In this document: positions 26,365-48,648 of the stretch, piece by piece
Position numbering within the stretch: the stretch's first letter is position 1
How the letters are laid out: each line of letters starts with the position of its first letter
Assembly: GCA_040954595.2 (NCBI GenBank)
Contig: CM082587.2
Location: 1,703,000 to 1,766,999, forward strand
Direction of reading: 5' to 3'
DNA from: Balanoglossus misakiensis
Lineage: Eukaryota > Animalia > Hemichordata
DNA: 64,000 bases
Program-made: the position numbers and the translations under genes
Notes under the pieces: model-generated
Database searches by the model: none
Seen by the model: only the letters and a program-made list of their open reading frames with translations
Told to the model about the DNA's origin: nothing

Positions 26365-28752
26365 ATTTGATTCGTTTCGAAAATAATTTTGATCCAGTTT
26401 CTTATAAAAATGACTTTGCAAATATTTCTTGGCAGGATGTTTACGACTCTAATGATCCGAATGTTGCCTATAATACCTTTTACAAATTGTTTCATGATAT
26501 GGCAACAAGACACGTACCAGTCAAACGGTGTTCAAACCAGCGTAAGCGCCTACGGAAACCATGGATCACAAAAGGACTTCTGGTCTCAATCAAAAACAAG
26601 CATAAGATGTTCTCCAAAACAAAACGCCATTCTGCAAGCTCACCTATTCATCAAGAGTACAAACTTTATCGCAACCTGTTAACAAAGCTGATGCGACGAG
26701 CAAAAAAGAAGTATTTTTGTGATAAATTGCAACTGTCTGTAGCCTCTGGGAAGGACCACAAAAAATGGCAAGTCATCAATGAAATCCTGAACAAAAATTC
26801 AAAGGTTAATGCTCCACAAAAAATAAAAGATGACAAAAACCCTGGGAATTTTGTTACTAAAAATATTGATATAGCTGACGCTTTTAATTCTTTTTTTGTC
26901 AACATTGGACAAAATCTAGCATCACAAATACATTGTAGCACTAATTTCAATGATTACCTTGGTATTCGTCATTTTAATTCTTTCTTTTTCCATCCTGTGC
27001 ATCCTGGTGATATACTCAGAGAAATTAATTTATTAGACCATTGTAAAGCTGCTGGTTTTGATGAAATATATCCAAAACTTGTAAAGGAAGCAGCTGATTA
27101 TATTACAGAACCATTTGCTCATATTGTTAATATTTCCTTGTCACAGGGTATTTTTCCAGAGAAACTGAAAATGGCAAGAGTAACACCAATTTTTAAAAAG
27201 GGCTGTGTTCATGAAATAGGAAACTACAGACCTATCTCTGTCTTGCCAATATTTAGTAAGCTGTATGAGTCTATTGTAAATAAGCAACTGTGTTCTTTTT
27301 TCGAAAAATTTGATATTCTCACTAACAGCCAATATGGATTTCGTAAGAAATATAGTACTAAGTTAGCTTTAGCAGATCTCACAACTGAAATATCAAAGCA
27401 CATTGATAACGGTCTTGTTACCTTTGGTATCTTTATTGATTTTAAAAAGGCATTTGATACGATTAACCACACAATTTTGTTAGCTAAGCTATGCCACTAT
27501 GGGATTAGGGGATCCACACTTAATTGGTTTAAGACTAATATAGAAGACCGACAGCAGTATGTCAAGGTCAATAATTGCACTTCAAAAGCGAAAAGGATCT
27601 CCTGTGGGATTCCACAGGGATCAATTCTAGGTCCACTTCTTTTTTTAGTATATATAAATGATATCTGCAGTTCCTCAGACTATTTTCAATTCAGGTTATT
27701 TGCTGACGATACCAATTTATTTTGTTCAGATAAGCAGGACAAAATTGATCTTGCCACTCTGAATGTTGAGCTAACTAAAGTACAGACCTGGTGTAAGTCA
27801 AATAAACTTACTATTAATATTGACAAAACAAACTATGTTATTTTCAAAACAGCCCAGGCGAAGTTTAAGCCTGAGGGAGATTTATATGTCTCTGATTTAC
27901 CATTACATAATGTTTATTCTGCTGTTTATCTTGGAGTTACTCTTGACTCATCATTATCCTGGAAGTCTCACATCAACATTATTTTTAAGAAGGTTAGCCA
28001 AAAAATCGGTATTATTTCATATGTACGCCATTATCTCCCTAAGTCTATAATTTTATTATTATACAATTGTCTTATCCTTCCCCATATAATGTATTGTATC
28101 GAAATATGGGGAAATGCGTATAAAACCTATTTAGATTGTATTTTCAAATTGTAAAAGAGACTTGTAAGACTTATAACATTTTCTAGCCCCAATACACATA
28201 GCGCACCACTTTTTCAGCAACTTGGAATTCTTAATGTTTACAAACTCTGTAAATTTCAAACTTGTGTTTTTGCGTATGATCTAAAGGCAGGGCATTACGC
28301 CCACTCACTAGATCGCTATGCTTCATTTGTATCACACAAATATTTTACAAGATTTGCCTCTACTGATAAGTTTACGCTTCCCAAAGTAAAACTTACTTCA
28401 TCTCAAAATAATTTATACTATTCTATTGCCAAGCATTGGAATGAAATTCCCACACAAATAAAATCAATTCATTCAAGGAATTTATTTAAAAGCTCTCTGA
28501 AAATGTATCTGTTGAGCATAGATTAATTTAACCTCTTTTATAAACCTGTTTACTTTGTCACCGCGTTGTTTGACTACCAACTATTGTTTTGTGATATGAA
28601 TTGGCAATTATATTAATTGTTTCAATGATTTGTATGTATTTAGGGCCAGGGACACGACTAGTTCCACTAGAACTACTTCCCTGGTCCGCACCAGTTATGT
28701 AAAATGCATCTTTCTGGTGAAATAAACTATCTATCTATCTATCTATCTATCT
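26365..28752 (+). mobile_element. 5'-truncated non-LTR retrotransposon (CR1/L2/Crack-type LINE), RT-only remnant with one premature stop
   Basis: RT motifs NYRPISVLP, QYGFR, DFKKAFD, GIPQGSILGPLLF, FADDT and YLGV. In-frame TAA at 28152-28154, after which the frame continues (HSAPLF..WNEIP) to a stop at 28526. 3' stem-loop at 28643-28687, AATAAA and (CTAT)n tail to about 28752. No endonuclease domain visible. Confidence 0.92.
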
Positions 28753-29301
28753 AGTATTTACTATAAAGAGACCCCCGTTTCACATTTAAACATTGAGCCG
28801 CAACCAGAGTTTGCCACGCCATCGTCGCAAACCGTCACCTCTTTACGGCAACAGCTTCAGAGTTGCCTGAAGACGAATGAACCACGCACGCGGCTTTAAT
28901 GTGAGTATTAGTATTACTTTTGATATCTCTTTCACGCCAATGACAAAATAATCTGTCGGAACACGGCATGCAGCACGGTGGAGTGACCAGCATGCAGTGA
29001 ACAAACTTTCAGCCATATGCGAAACGCAAACATCCGTTTGATAATAGATGGGTTCCTGCTTTTGAAAACGCATTACTACAGGATCACGTAAAACTGTTTG
29101 GTCACCTGTAGTCAATCTGTTGAATTAGATCATTTGTGGCCAAATAATTGGGTAATCGTTCACTATCGAGTGGAAATTACCAACCTGGCTCACACATGGG
29201 TCAGGAATGTTCAGTTTTAATTTTCGAAAGGAGACAGGGTAATATTGGTTCAAATATCCACGCCTTATATAATTTAATATGATATTTTCTTCTGTATGTA
29301 T

Positions 29302-29385
29302 GTCTCCGTGGCGCAACGGATAGCGCGTCGGACTTCTAGTTGATCAGGCATTCGGAGGCTGTGGGTTCGAATCCCACCGGAGACG
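29302..29385 (+). tRNA. tRNA-Arg(UCU) with 11-nt intron
   Basis: GTCTCCGTGGCGCAACGGATAGCGCGTCGGACTTCTA[GTTGATCAGGC]ATTCGGAGGCTGTGGGTTCGAATCCCACCGGAGACG followed by a T-run terminator. Confidence 0.95.
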
Positions 29386-30899
29386 TATTTTTTGTTAAAG
29401 TGACAGCGCAGCTATGTCATCTGCTGCATATGCTAATAGAAATTTATGAGGGATTGTTTCAAATTCATGGAAAAATATAGTTAGATCTAAACAAGTGTTT
29501 TTGAGTATGTTTTTGCGCGGACTTGGTTGCTACGTGTGGTTTGGTAGGTCCGGGTTCGAATCCCTTAAAAGTTAAGGGGATCTACCTGAATTTTAAAATT
29601 ATTTTGATACCTGCGACTGTCCTGAAGCACCTCCGGGTTAAGTACGGCCATCCGGCATCTAGCGCCCACTTGTAATTTGACGGCAACACGACGTTTTGGC
29701 CAAATGTGCGATAATGCGTACTAAGAATCGACTGATAACACATACAACTTTGGTATTTGCTTGGTATGAGCTAGTAAAGCAAATAAAGTGACGAGGCAAA
29801 AGTTTCTGTTTTGTTTATTTATTTATTCAATTATTCTTTCATTCCGAAATTAGATTGATTGTATAATCTGTAGATAAATATCAAAATACATTAATTCGTC
29901 TTTGTAAAACTGTCAACAATGAGAATAAAAAGCAAAAAACTAAAGTTGCACCCTGCCCGATCAACATAGCGGGAGAAAAAACAAATAACTGAAACGATTT
30001 AGCAGAATGCCAGTGTCATAATGTACTTTATGTATGCAAGTACCACAAGAAACCTGTCACATGAAAAGTGATCCGGCCCTGACTACTATTTCAGTACAAT
30101 ATTACTTTGGACAGTTAACTATTTGAGTCAAGTAGAAGGAAGAAAATGGTTTCGTATTTATGAGTTCCTGAATAAAGAAGTTGCGAACATTTTTCTAACA
30201 TCAAATAATATTATTGCCACGATACGTCGTCGAGTGACCGTAATGTAAATAGGTTTCATGTTGACAGTAATGACGTGGTTGGTTTGCGTTCCTAATACAA
30301 TGTAGACTTGCATTTCGCTGGATACGAACTTGGGACCTTCCACCAGGTTGCCATGGCAGTCAATCGTATGCAAATGCATAATGTGCGCGTGACATCACAT
30401 CACAAAGCATTTTCTCGGAAAGAAGAAAAACAACATATTCTTGGTTAAGAAAAGTATTCCAAATAAATAATAGCTGAATAAAATGTTCTGTATTTATTAA
30501 GTTCTGTAAAAAATAATTTAGGGATTTATTTGGCATATTGTAACTGCGTGTTATTTTTGCGAATAGACTTGATGATTCTGCCCGTATTTAATTATGGAGG
30601 CATAAACTGTCTTTCAACCTCATTTGATTTGTGAAATGTCAGAGAATGTTCTGGAGTCCCTGGCTCCATCAAGTACAATCAGTGAAATGCGAAGGGAAGA
30701 CGTGTGACGAATTTTGGCATAAGTCTGCATACTATATACATGTATTCGGGTGGCGAGATTCAGCTTGGGTCTCTTCGAACGCGGAGTGAAGTCACATTAA
30801 GAAACAAGATGACGCGATTCTGTAACCCCACATGACGCTAACCCAATTAACACAAATGTCTTTCAACTTTCAGGTTGTTCGCAGGTTATCTCCTGTGCC

Positions 30900-41147
<10,248 letters not shown>

Positions 41148-41717
41148 GATTTCGGCGAGTTAAATATTTATGAAATAGTCCCGGAATTGCTTTTGAACTT
41201 GCTACAGTCGGGTGTTTGGAGGTATCCCCTTGACAACGGTCGATTCCAACAAAAGTGTTTCTGTACAATCGGCCGGCAAGAAGAATGGTAGTGTTCCGTT
41301 CGGTTGCCAAAAGTTCAACCTGCGATGAAATTTTAAAGGCATATATTTAATGATATCCTCACGTGTTTCCCTCGACCAATCACTGCTCATTTTGTTGACT
41401 CCCCCGGTTGTGGTGGATCCAAAATGCGGCTATAAGAACAATGATAAAGTAATTTCACTATTCCACTTAGTAGCCCCCCGATTATTGGTCAGCAGTTGGC
41501 CAATCGTACGTCCTTAATGAAGTCGGCCATGTTTGGAGATGTCTTCGTAGTCAAACTGTAAATAACTAACGAAAGTAGCTGATAGAAATTATGTTGAACA
41601 TTTTTTTCAACATGAGGAGTACATAATGTATTTTTATACTACGTTTGTATTGTTATTATTGTTGTTGTTGTGGTGGTTGTTACGATTAATAGGCATTAAG
41701 TAAAAATGCAGTAATAA

Positions 41718-41780
41718 CATACATACACACGTATACACATACATACATATACATACACACATACATACATATACATACAC
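41718..41780. repeat. (CATA/CA)n microsatellite
   Basis: catacatacacacgtatacacatacatacatatacatacacacatacatacat... Confidence 0.75.
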
Positions 41781-44700
41781 ATTCCACATGTTCACAGTTA
41801 TCAAACCATGGACTTTTTACGTCCATGATCAAACCAATCTTAAAATTGATATTTTACCTTCAAATGTTGCTCGCTGTTTAGGCTTGTAAAATACAGGAAG
41901 ACGACGCCGCACATAAATTCCTTCCCCAACGTTATCTCGGCTGTTTTACGGACATTAGTGTTCCTTACTTAACAACATAGCAGTATCCTCATTGCAGCTG
42001 TGGTGTTTAACCAGAGAGTAGAACTGAGTGAACTCGAGAGTACGAACGTAGGCAGCAAAAGGAATGTTTCGGACACCGGGTTTCGGCAACAACGGCACAG
42101 ACGGGAAACAAACAGGGAATTCCCAATTTCGACGGAATTGTTGGAAAGGCGGTGCACTTTGCTCTCTGTATAGAAATGCGTTGTTTTGCTACGTAGCATA
42201 ATAGTCGCTTTGGTAATTATCGTGCGATATGGGCATATGCGGATTACAAAAAAACGTGACCCGGACTTCAACACGGATGCGGCCCCCTAACTTTATTGAA
42301 TTGAATAGGCATGGTTTCTTCGAAGGCCTTGTACTTGCTGCTATGTTTACGCAAGTTCCGGGTAGAGCAATACCGTCTATGGTTAGCACACAGACATCCT
42401 GGTACACTTGAACAGTCTTCGCCCACGGCCCTTCGGCCACAGTTCATGAGTCTTGCCATCGTGTGTCGTGTCGAACCGTGTCGTGTTATGATGTACGCAA
42501 ATAACCATAATCTGATCCGCTTGGGCCGGCCTGTACACACTGCACTTTCTGCTATCATGATTCATATTTGCCATGCATTCCTTTCACAATGTTATTATTA
42601 TCCGGAACATGTGCCCAGTTTTATGATAAAATCCTATTTTAGATGTTAGGCCACTGACAAAAATAATAATACTTCTATTTTCAAACAGTGAGCATAGAGG
42701 GAAAATAGGGTTTGTGCCTCATACATTGACCAGAGCTGATCTGTTTTATGAGGAAAAGCACAGAGCAAAGAAAGTTGCAAGGTAGTAGATGACATTCTTG
42801 TGCCATCGTATCCTTGACAATGTCGGCAGTGAGTGATTTACGAGTCTCAAGTAGTACTCCGATAAACTCACCATGACAACCTACAACACCTAATCGTGAC
42901 CAAGCAAAGTCAATAACTTAAAATTAAGCTTATCTTAGATTATTTTGATAGGCTTCTAATGGCAACATGGGATAAAAATATCCCGAGTGATATTCAGCAA
43001 ACTGTAAAATCATAGGGTTTCCCCCATCTTGTATGTAGGGTTACGCTATCACATGAAGTGGAATAGTTGCAATTCCTGGGATGACGAATAAATGCCTGTT
43101 TCGGCTGTTCACTGTCAAGTTCATATTCAGTTAAATGCTTGAGAATCTGGGTCTTCTGGTGATTTTCTTTTTTATTTTAAAGAAACCAAAAAGTTCCAAA
43201 AATGCCAATATTGCAGACCAGCAATGGCTGTGTGAACTGTTGATTATTGTAACTATTCAAACCGAGCTTGAAAATAGTTATGAGCTCAAATATGGAAACC
43301 CGTCGTAGCCTATGGCTTCGCCTTTTCCGGTTGGCATGATTGATCTTGCGCCCTCTGCGATCGCACTAGTCTTTGAGGGTACCGATAAACGTCTATATTT
43401 ACACGTTAGGTCTATTCCAATTAAATCTGATCTGAGTTAATCTAGTCTGTGGCCACATGATCGAAATTATGTTATTGTTTTCAATTTTGATGTTTAAATT
43501 GAAAATACTGTATTGCATTCAAAACGTCTTAATTTTGTCATTTTTGATGCTCTCCTTAATTCGCCCTCAAATTTAACTTCCTCAAATATGCCCCGCTGTT
43601 TGTTTGTTAGTTTGATTGAAATAAATTCTGTTTTTGTATGCTAGAACAGGTGTTCAAATGTGAAAGAAGAAAATAATGGAAACAATGGTTAATATTAATA
43701 GCATGTCGTCGTGGCAACGGGAATATGCTAAATACAGTTATTGTCGTAAATGATACGGGTGACTCAAAGCATGTGGAGAGCAGACGACATTCCATCGTTT
43801 CTTTGGCAGTGAATGCGATCAACTATAAATTCTTGAGTAGCGGATTGCTATACATAAATTCTATTTGCTTGTTCGCTCATATTCTAATCTACTGAGTACT
43901 ATGAAAACTGTAACCATGGCAAAATGACGAGGCAGATTGAAGTTCTGCAAAAAAGTGAAAATGATGTGCGAGATGTTTTAAGTAGTGAAGTTTTGAGGTC
44001 ACACCTATTCACACTTTTACCACCCAGCATTTAGTGTTTTATTGCCCTTTTTATTGCCTGCAAGTATTTGAAGTGTTGTTTTGCTTATAAATACACGCGG
44101 ATGCGAAATTCGGGACAAGGATATGCCAGCAACACACCGTAACCCACTTCAAAGAACTGGCCTCGTATTTCGCGCAAGTGACCCGATTTGACGGGTCACC
44201 AGGTGGACCCGGACGCGCATTGATACACTTCACGGATATATGTGTGGGCGCATGTAAAGCTAGGATTCGTGGACAGTTCGTGGCGTTTCTAATTAGTTTT
44301 TCTATTCATCCTAAGAAGTTGAGATTTCACACTTTTGACATCAACATTTCCAAAACCAAAGTTTATATAAAGGAAGACGTAGTCAGTCTTGTGAACTCCA
44401 CAAGTTTGACAAATTGTAATGAATGACGTCAATCAGTCAGTTAGTCAGTCTGTCTGCCTGTTTGACTCTGTCTGTCTACCTGCCTGCCTGCCTGTCAGGT
44501 TATTTTGTACTTTGTATCTTTCAAACGTATTGTGCACGGCGAATGGGTGTTAGAGGTCGAGTGTGACCCCTGTTTCCTGCAGCCGCGACGATTTGATTAA
44601 AACCCGGAAAGATCTTCTAGGATCCGAACAAATTAAATTGTTTATTAATAACAAAATGCATGATAGTCTACATAAATACATCCAGACAGATAATCCGGGA

Positions 44701-45526
44701 TAGTTTCTTTACCTGGGACGAACCCGGATGTGGGGCGCAAACCTTGACCCGTGACGTTCAAAATAAAATCATAAAATTGTTTCCTTATAAGTGATAGACA
44801 AAAGATATTGTGAAGATGTTCCGTTGCCATGTATCTCATCATTCAACCAAACAGGATACAGTGTTTTTCAAGGACGAGACAAAATAATGAAACAAATATA
44901 GATGAATACCTTAATATTTACGCTAAAATTCCCATACCTTCATACGTACACTCATATTTAAATATATATAAGTTCCAATCCCAGATGCGCTCGGTTATCT
45001 CCAAGTCTTTAAATTGCAATGAAATTATATAGTTTCCGATCCTGTGTTCAATTTGTTATTGCAATTTTTATTTAGGTATTAACACGTAATTTTGCCAGAA
45101 ATATACTTTTCCTGTTTCGACTCGGAGCATAACCGTTTTCTTCCCAGTTTCTCTTGTGTACTTCCATGGAAAGTCGAATGAGGTTTATATATTTTAAGTG
45201 TAGATTAAATTTAACGAGATATAGTAATCGGGCTCGAAACTAGCTTCAAATGCGCGTAAACATGGTATATGCAATAAGGGATGTATCAGCACTTTTGCAT
45301 GTACACGCCTGGTCGGTAATAGGGATGGTACTGAGGAGGGAATTCCCATCAGATTCCCCAGACCTACTCACAAACAGCGCGCACAATTTATTATGTCCAC
45401 CATTGGCAGATCCTGTCTTTGTCTGGTGGTAATGATCTCGTTACGTGGCAGTGTTAAGGTATACAAGTATTTTATCAGCACTCATGGATGTAGTTTATTA
45501 TTTGAACAGGATGACCCTTTGTATCA

Positions 45527-45947
45527 TGTCTGTCTTGTCTTGTAATCTTGCATTATCGGCTACATTGGTGTGTAGAGTCAGGGCCACAGAGCTGAGGTAG
45601 AGTCGAAGAACAGCAACGAAAACACCAGTGTAAAGCTTTAGAGTCAGACGACTTTATTGCAAAAACAGGCCAGCACTTCGGCCGTTCAATAGTTCTTCCA
45701 GAAGCGATGCATGTTATGTATTGGGACCGGCACTGGTCATTGTTGCATGTATCTTCCGTGACGCGTGAGGGGGGCACTGTTGGCAGGTTTGTTGACGTCT
45801 CTAGGGACACACCAGTCGTGTTAGGCTTTCTTCCTCGGCTGACTGGTTCAGGATCCTGCAACTTGAATGAATGAACAGAATCGAGCGATGGGCGGGGATT
45901 GGAAGTACACCTATGCCCAAAACAATGATCAATTATCGTCTGTGACA
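45527..45947 (-). mobile_element. Possible solo LTR
   Basis: About 420 bp bounded by TGTC...GACA, GC-richer than its flanks, with minus-strand AATAAA near 45653. No TSD found. Confidence 0.3.
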
Positions 45948-46483
45948 TGCGACCCGGATCAGTGTCTCCCCGACCACTGTTATCCAGGCACTGTGCCCGG
46001 ATGCAAAAGCGGATACCGTATTGTAGGCATATGCCTGATCTAGTTTCTTTCTGAATACCACGGGGTGGGACAATTTTGCCGCCCTAGGGCCATGTTTAAT
46101 AATAAATGTGACAAGGTTGGTCCATGAAAGTTGAAGGAAGTTTACCAGGGAACTCGATATGTATATTAAAATAAAATCCTCGTTTGATCGTGAATGCAAT
46201 GAAATTTGGACTTTTTGATTGAGGATGTCTCGCATCATATTAACTGGCCAGAGTTAGGTTTCAACAGAAACTAGTAACAAGTTTCAAAGGCTACTATACG
46301 AAGCAACACACAAGTTAAACTTTAAACCGGATTTCTTTTATCTCTACTGGTCTAGTAGGCAATAACGCAATAACTTAGGGCGTCACGCATCTGTCAATCA
46401 CTCCCCCCCCCCCTTCCACGGAACATGATGCGAACGGCACTTTTTCGCCCCTTAAATTCCCCTTGACAGAAATACTTCAGCAC

Positions 46484-46607
46484 GGTCACGTGACCAGAAA
46501 AGGTGCTTTAAAATCAGCGGGTTTTGTTCTGTAGGCAGCATTTGGCGATTGCCACACGACAAGTGTCATCTTCAGCCGCCATCAAGAATCTTCCCAAGTT
46601 TCACCAG
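46484..46607 (+). promoter_or_regulatory. Putative PKS promoter and non-coding first exon with a palindromic E-box
   Basis: GGTCACGTGACC at 46484-46495, TATA-like TTTAAAA at about 46507, donor CAG|GTAGGC at 46607, acceptor AACAG at 48612 upstream of the ATG. Confidence 0.5.
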
Positions 46608-48269
46608 GTAGGCATTTCTTCAATTGTTTACGTATACTTAACATTGACAACTTGTCATTTTGATTTCTTTGAAATATGTATTTGCACTTGATCACGATCG
46701 CTTTTTACTATCAGGAACATGTGTACTCGGATTACCTTGTTTACATATAAAATCTAAACATCAATTTTTAAAGTGCCTGGTAGCCAAATTGACAAAAGAA
46801 AAGTCAACTTTTAAGTGTTAAGTCTCCCCAATGTTCCATAATTTTCTCATAATTTGACTGAACACTTGAATGATTCTGTGAAGAGGTGTGTGTATCCAAG
46901 TATTCGGCTTTAATATCCGAGTATTCGCGGAAATTACGAATTTTGGATTTCTATATTTTCATGCACGCTTGCTCAGTATGTAATCGAGAATTTAAGAATC
47001 ATCAGAACGGCGCTGTTTTCGCGATGAGTCGATCAAATTCTTCAATACCTAGGCAATCGGAAATTAAAAGTTGTAAACTGTAAGCAAAGATGTTAGACAG
47101 GTACGGTGACGCAGACCACAATATGCGCTCGGACGAGTAGCGGATCATGGGCCCGAATGTCGCGCTACGCCCAGCTATCTTTAGGCGTTGTTTCGAATCA
47201 AGTTTCCAACTTTTTTAACAGAAAAAAAATGCTTCCGAGGATATAACAATTAGTATTGAACATGCAAAGCAACTTTTAATAGCAGAAAATCCTTTGAGTC
47301 TGTGTGTGCAAAGCTTTGAGAGGAAGTTTATCGTTGACGTAAGGTCTCAGTAGAAAGATCTGCAACAACAAGTGTTGGATAGTCCGTTCTGGTGCTGACT
47401 TGCCATCCGTTGTTTTTAAAATTAACTATTTGTCATGCGATTCGATTACACATATTGAACCAATAAATTACCTTCTTGTTTATTTGTTGTCAGTTATCAA
47501 AATGCATTGTTTGCGTGCCATGCCAAAAAAATGTGTTGTCTCCAAACTGACCACTTGTTGGATCAGAGAAGTACACAGGAAATCCTAGCTTGCTTGTCAA
47601 CAAGACAGCCTTGAGAAACACCGAGAATTTGGCCATCCTCCCTGCAAATGCTTCCGCGGTCGACTTCTTGTGACTGTTGTCCATGACCTAACCGTTGATC
47701 CCGGAACTGGTTGCGAAAGTCCGTGTTATATTGTTCAAGCTGTCTCGTTCGCCCACACAATACACCATTATCTCAAACATTGACAATGCACATTATGCAC
47801 TTACTGTGTATGGAATCGTTCATAGTACGCTCTTTGACATTGTTCTGTTTGACAAAGCCTATGGCTCGGCAAATGTTTTTTATATTCTTTTCACTGAACA
47901 GTGAAATTCCACATTGAAAACCTCAGGAAAGAAATAAAAATCACATCTGTGTACTTAATTATTTGAGGAGACAACGTTTTCAGACGCCAGTATATTACCA
48001 TATTGTTACATGGTTCCATAGTATCTTGAGCAGTTTGTACAGTGTACACATTAATTTATAGCCGCTTGACATAAGTTTTAATATTTATGTATTTCAGACG
48101 AAATCGAGTTCTTTCGTTCCTGCAGATAGTATTTACATTTCAAATCCACAATGCCGTCTAGCGAGGACAGAGAGAAATGGTCGTCTGCCAAACGACTGAA
48201 ACAGGTATTACACTTTTTTGTATTGACGGACATGATTAAGGTCGTATGCACCCGGAAAACCAAAGTATT

Positions 48270-48560
48270 TAATTTTTTTCTCATTTTTTGCTCAATGCAA
48301 CTTTGGATCGTTCTCTCTTAAATTGAGAATAAAACTTGGGGGTCACCATGAAAAATTTGGAATGACACAGCAAAATTGGTTCAAATTGGCTCAAATTTAA
48401 AATTCAAAATGGCCGCCAGTCTTTGTGTTACATGTACGTCTATGGAGGAAATGTAAATTGGCGATTTTCAAGATATGCATTATTCAATATTCTTAGAACC
48501 ACAGCATCGTATTTTTACACTCATATCGAAATAGTTCAACAGTCACCATTCATTTCCTTA
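48270..48560. mobile_element. Fragment of the same MITE-like repeat family as 9982-10480
   Basis: TTCAAAATGGCCGCC at 48403-48417 is the reverse complement of the repeat unit at 10262-10346. Boundaries approximate. Confidence 0.4.
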
Positions 48561-48648
48561 TATTCAGAAGAGGCATAGTTTGAATAAAGGCGTGTTTTTT
48601 TTTCATCAACAGGACACCACTGGTGTCGTGACAGGGGAAAACAACAGG

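Noticed and set aside
26320-28770. Possible LINE target-site duplication (TTCACTATAA versus TTTACTATAA)
   Set aside because: Imperfect and not flush with the element ends.
29548-29566. GGGTTCGAATCCC B-box-like sequence
   Set aside because: No A box or cloverleaf; at most a SINE or tRNA fragment, not a tRNA gene.
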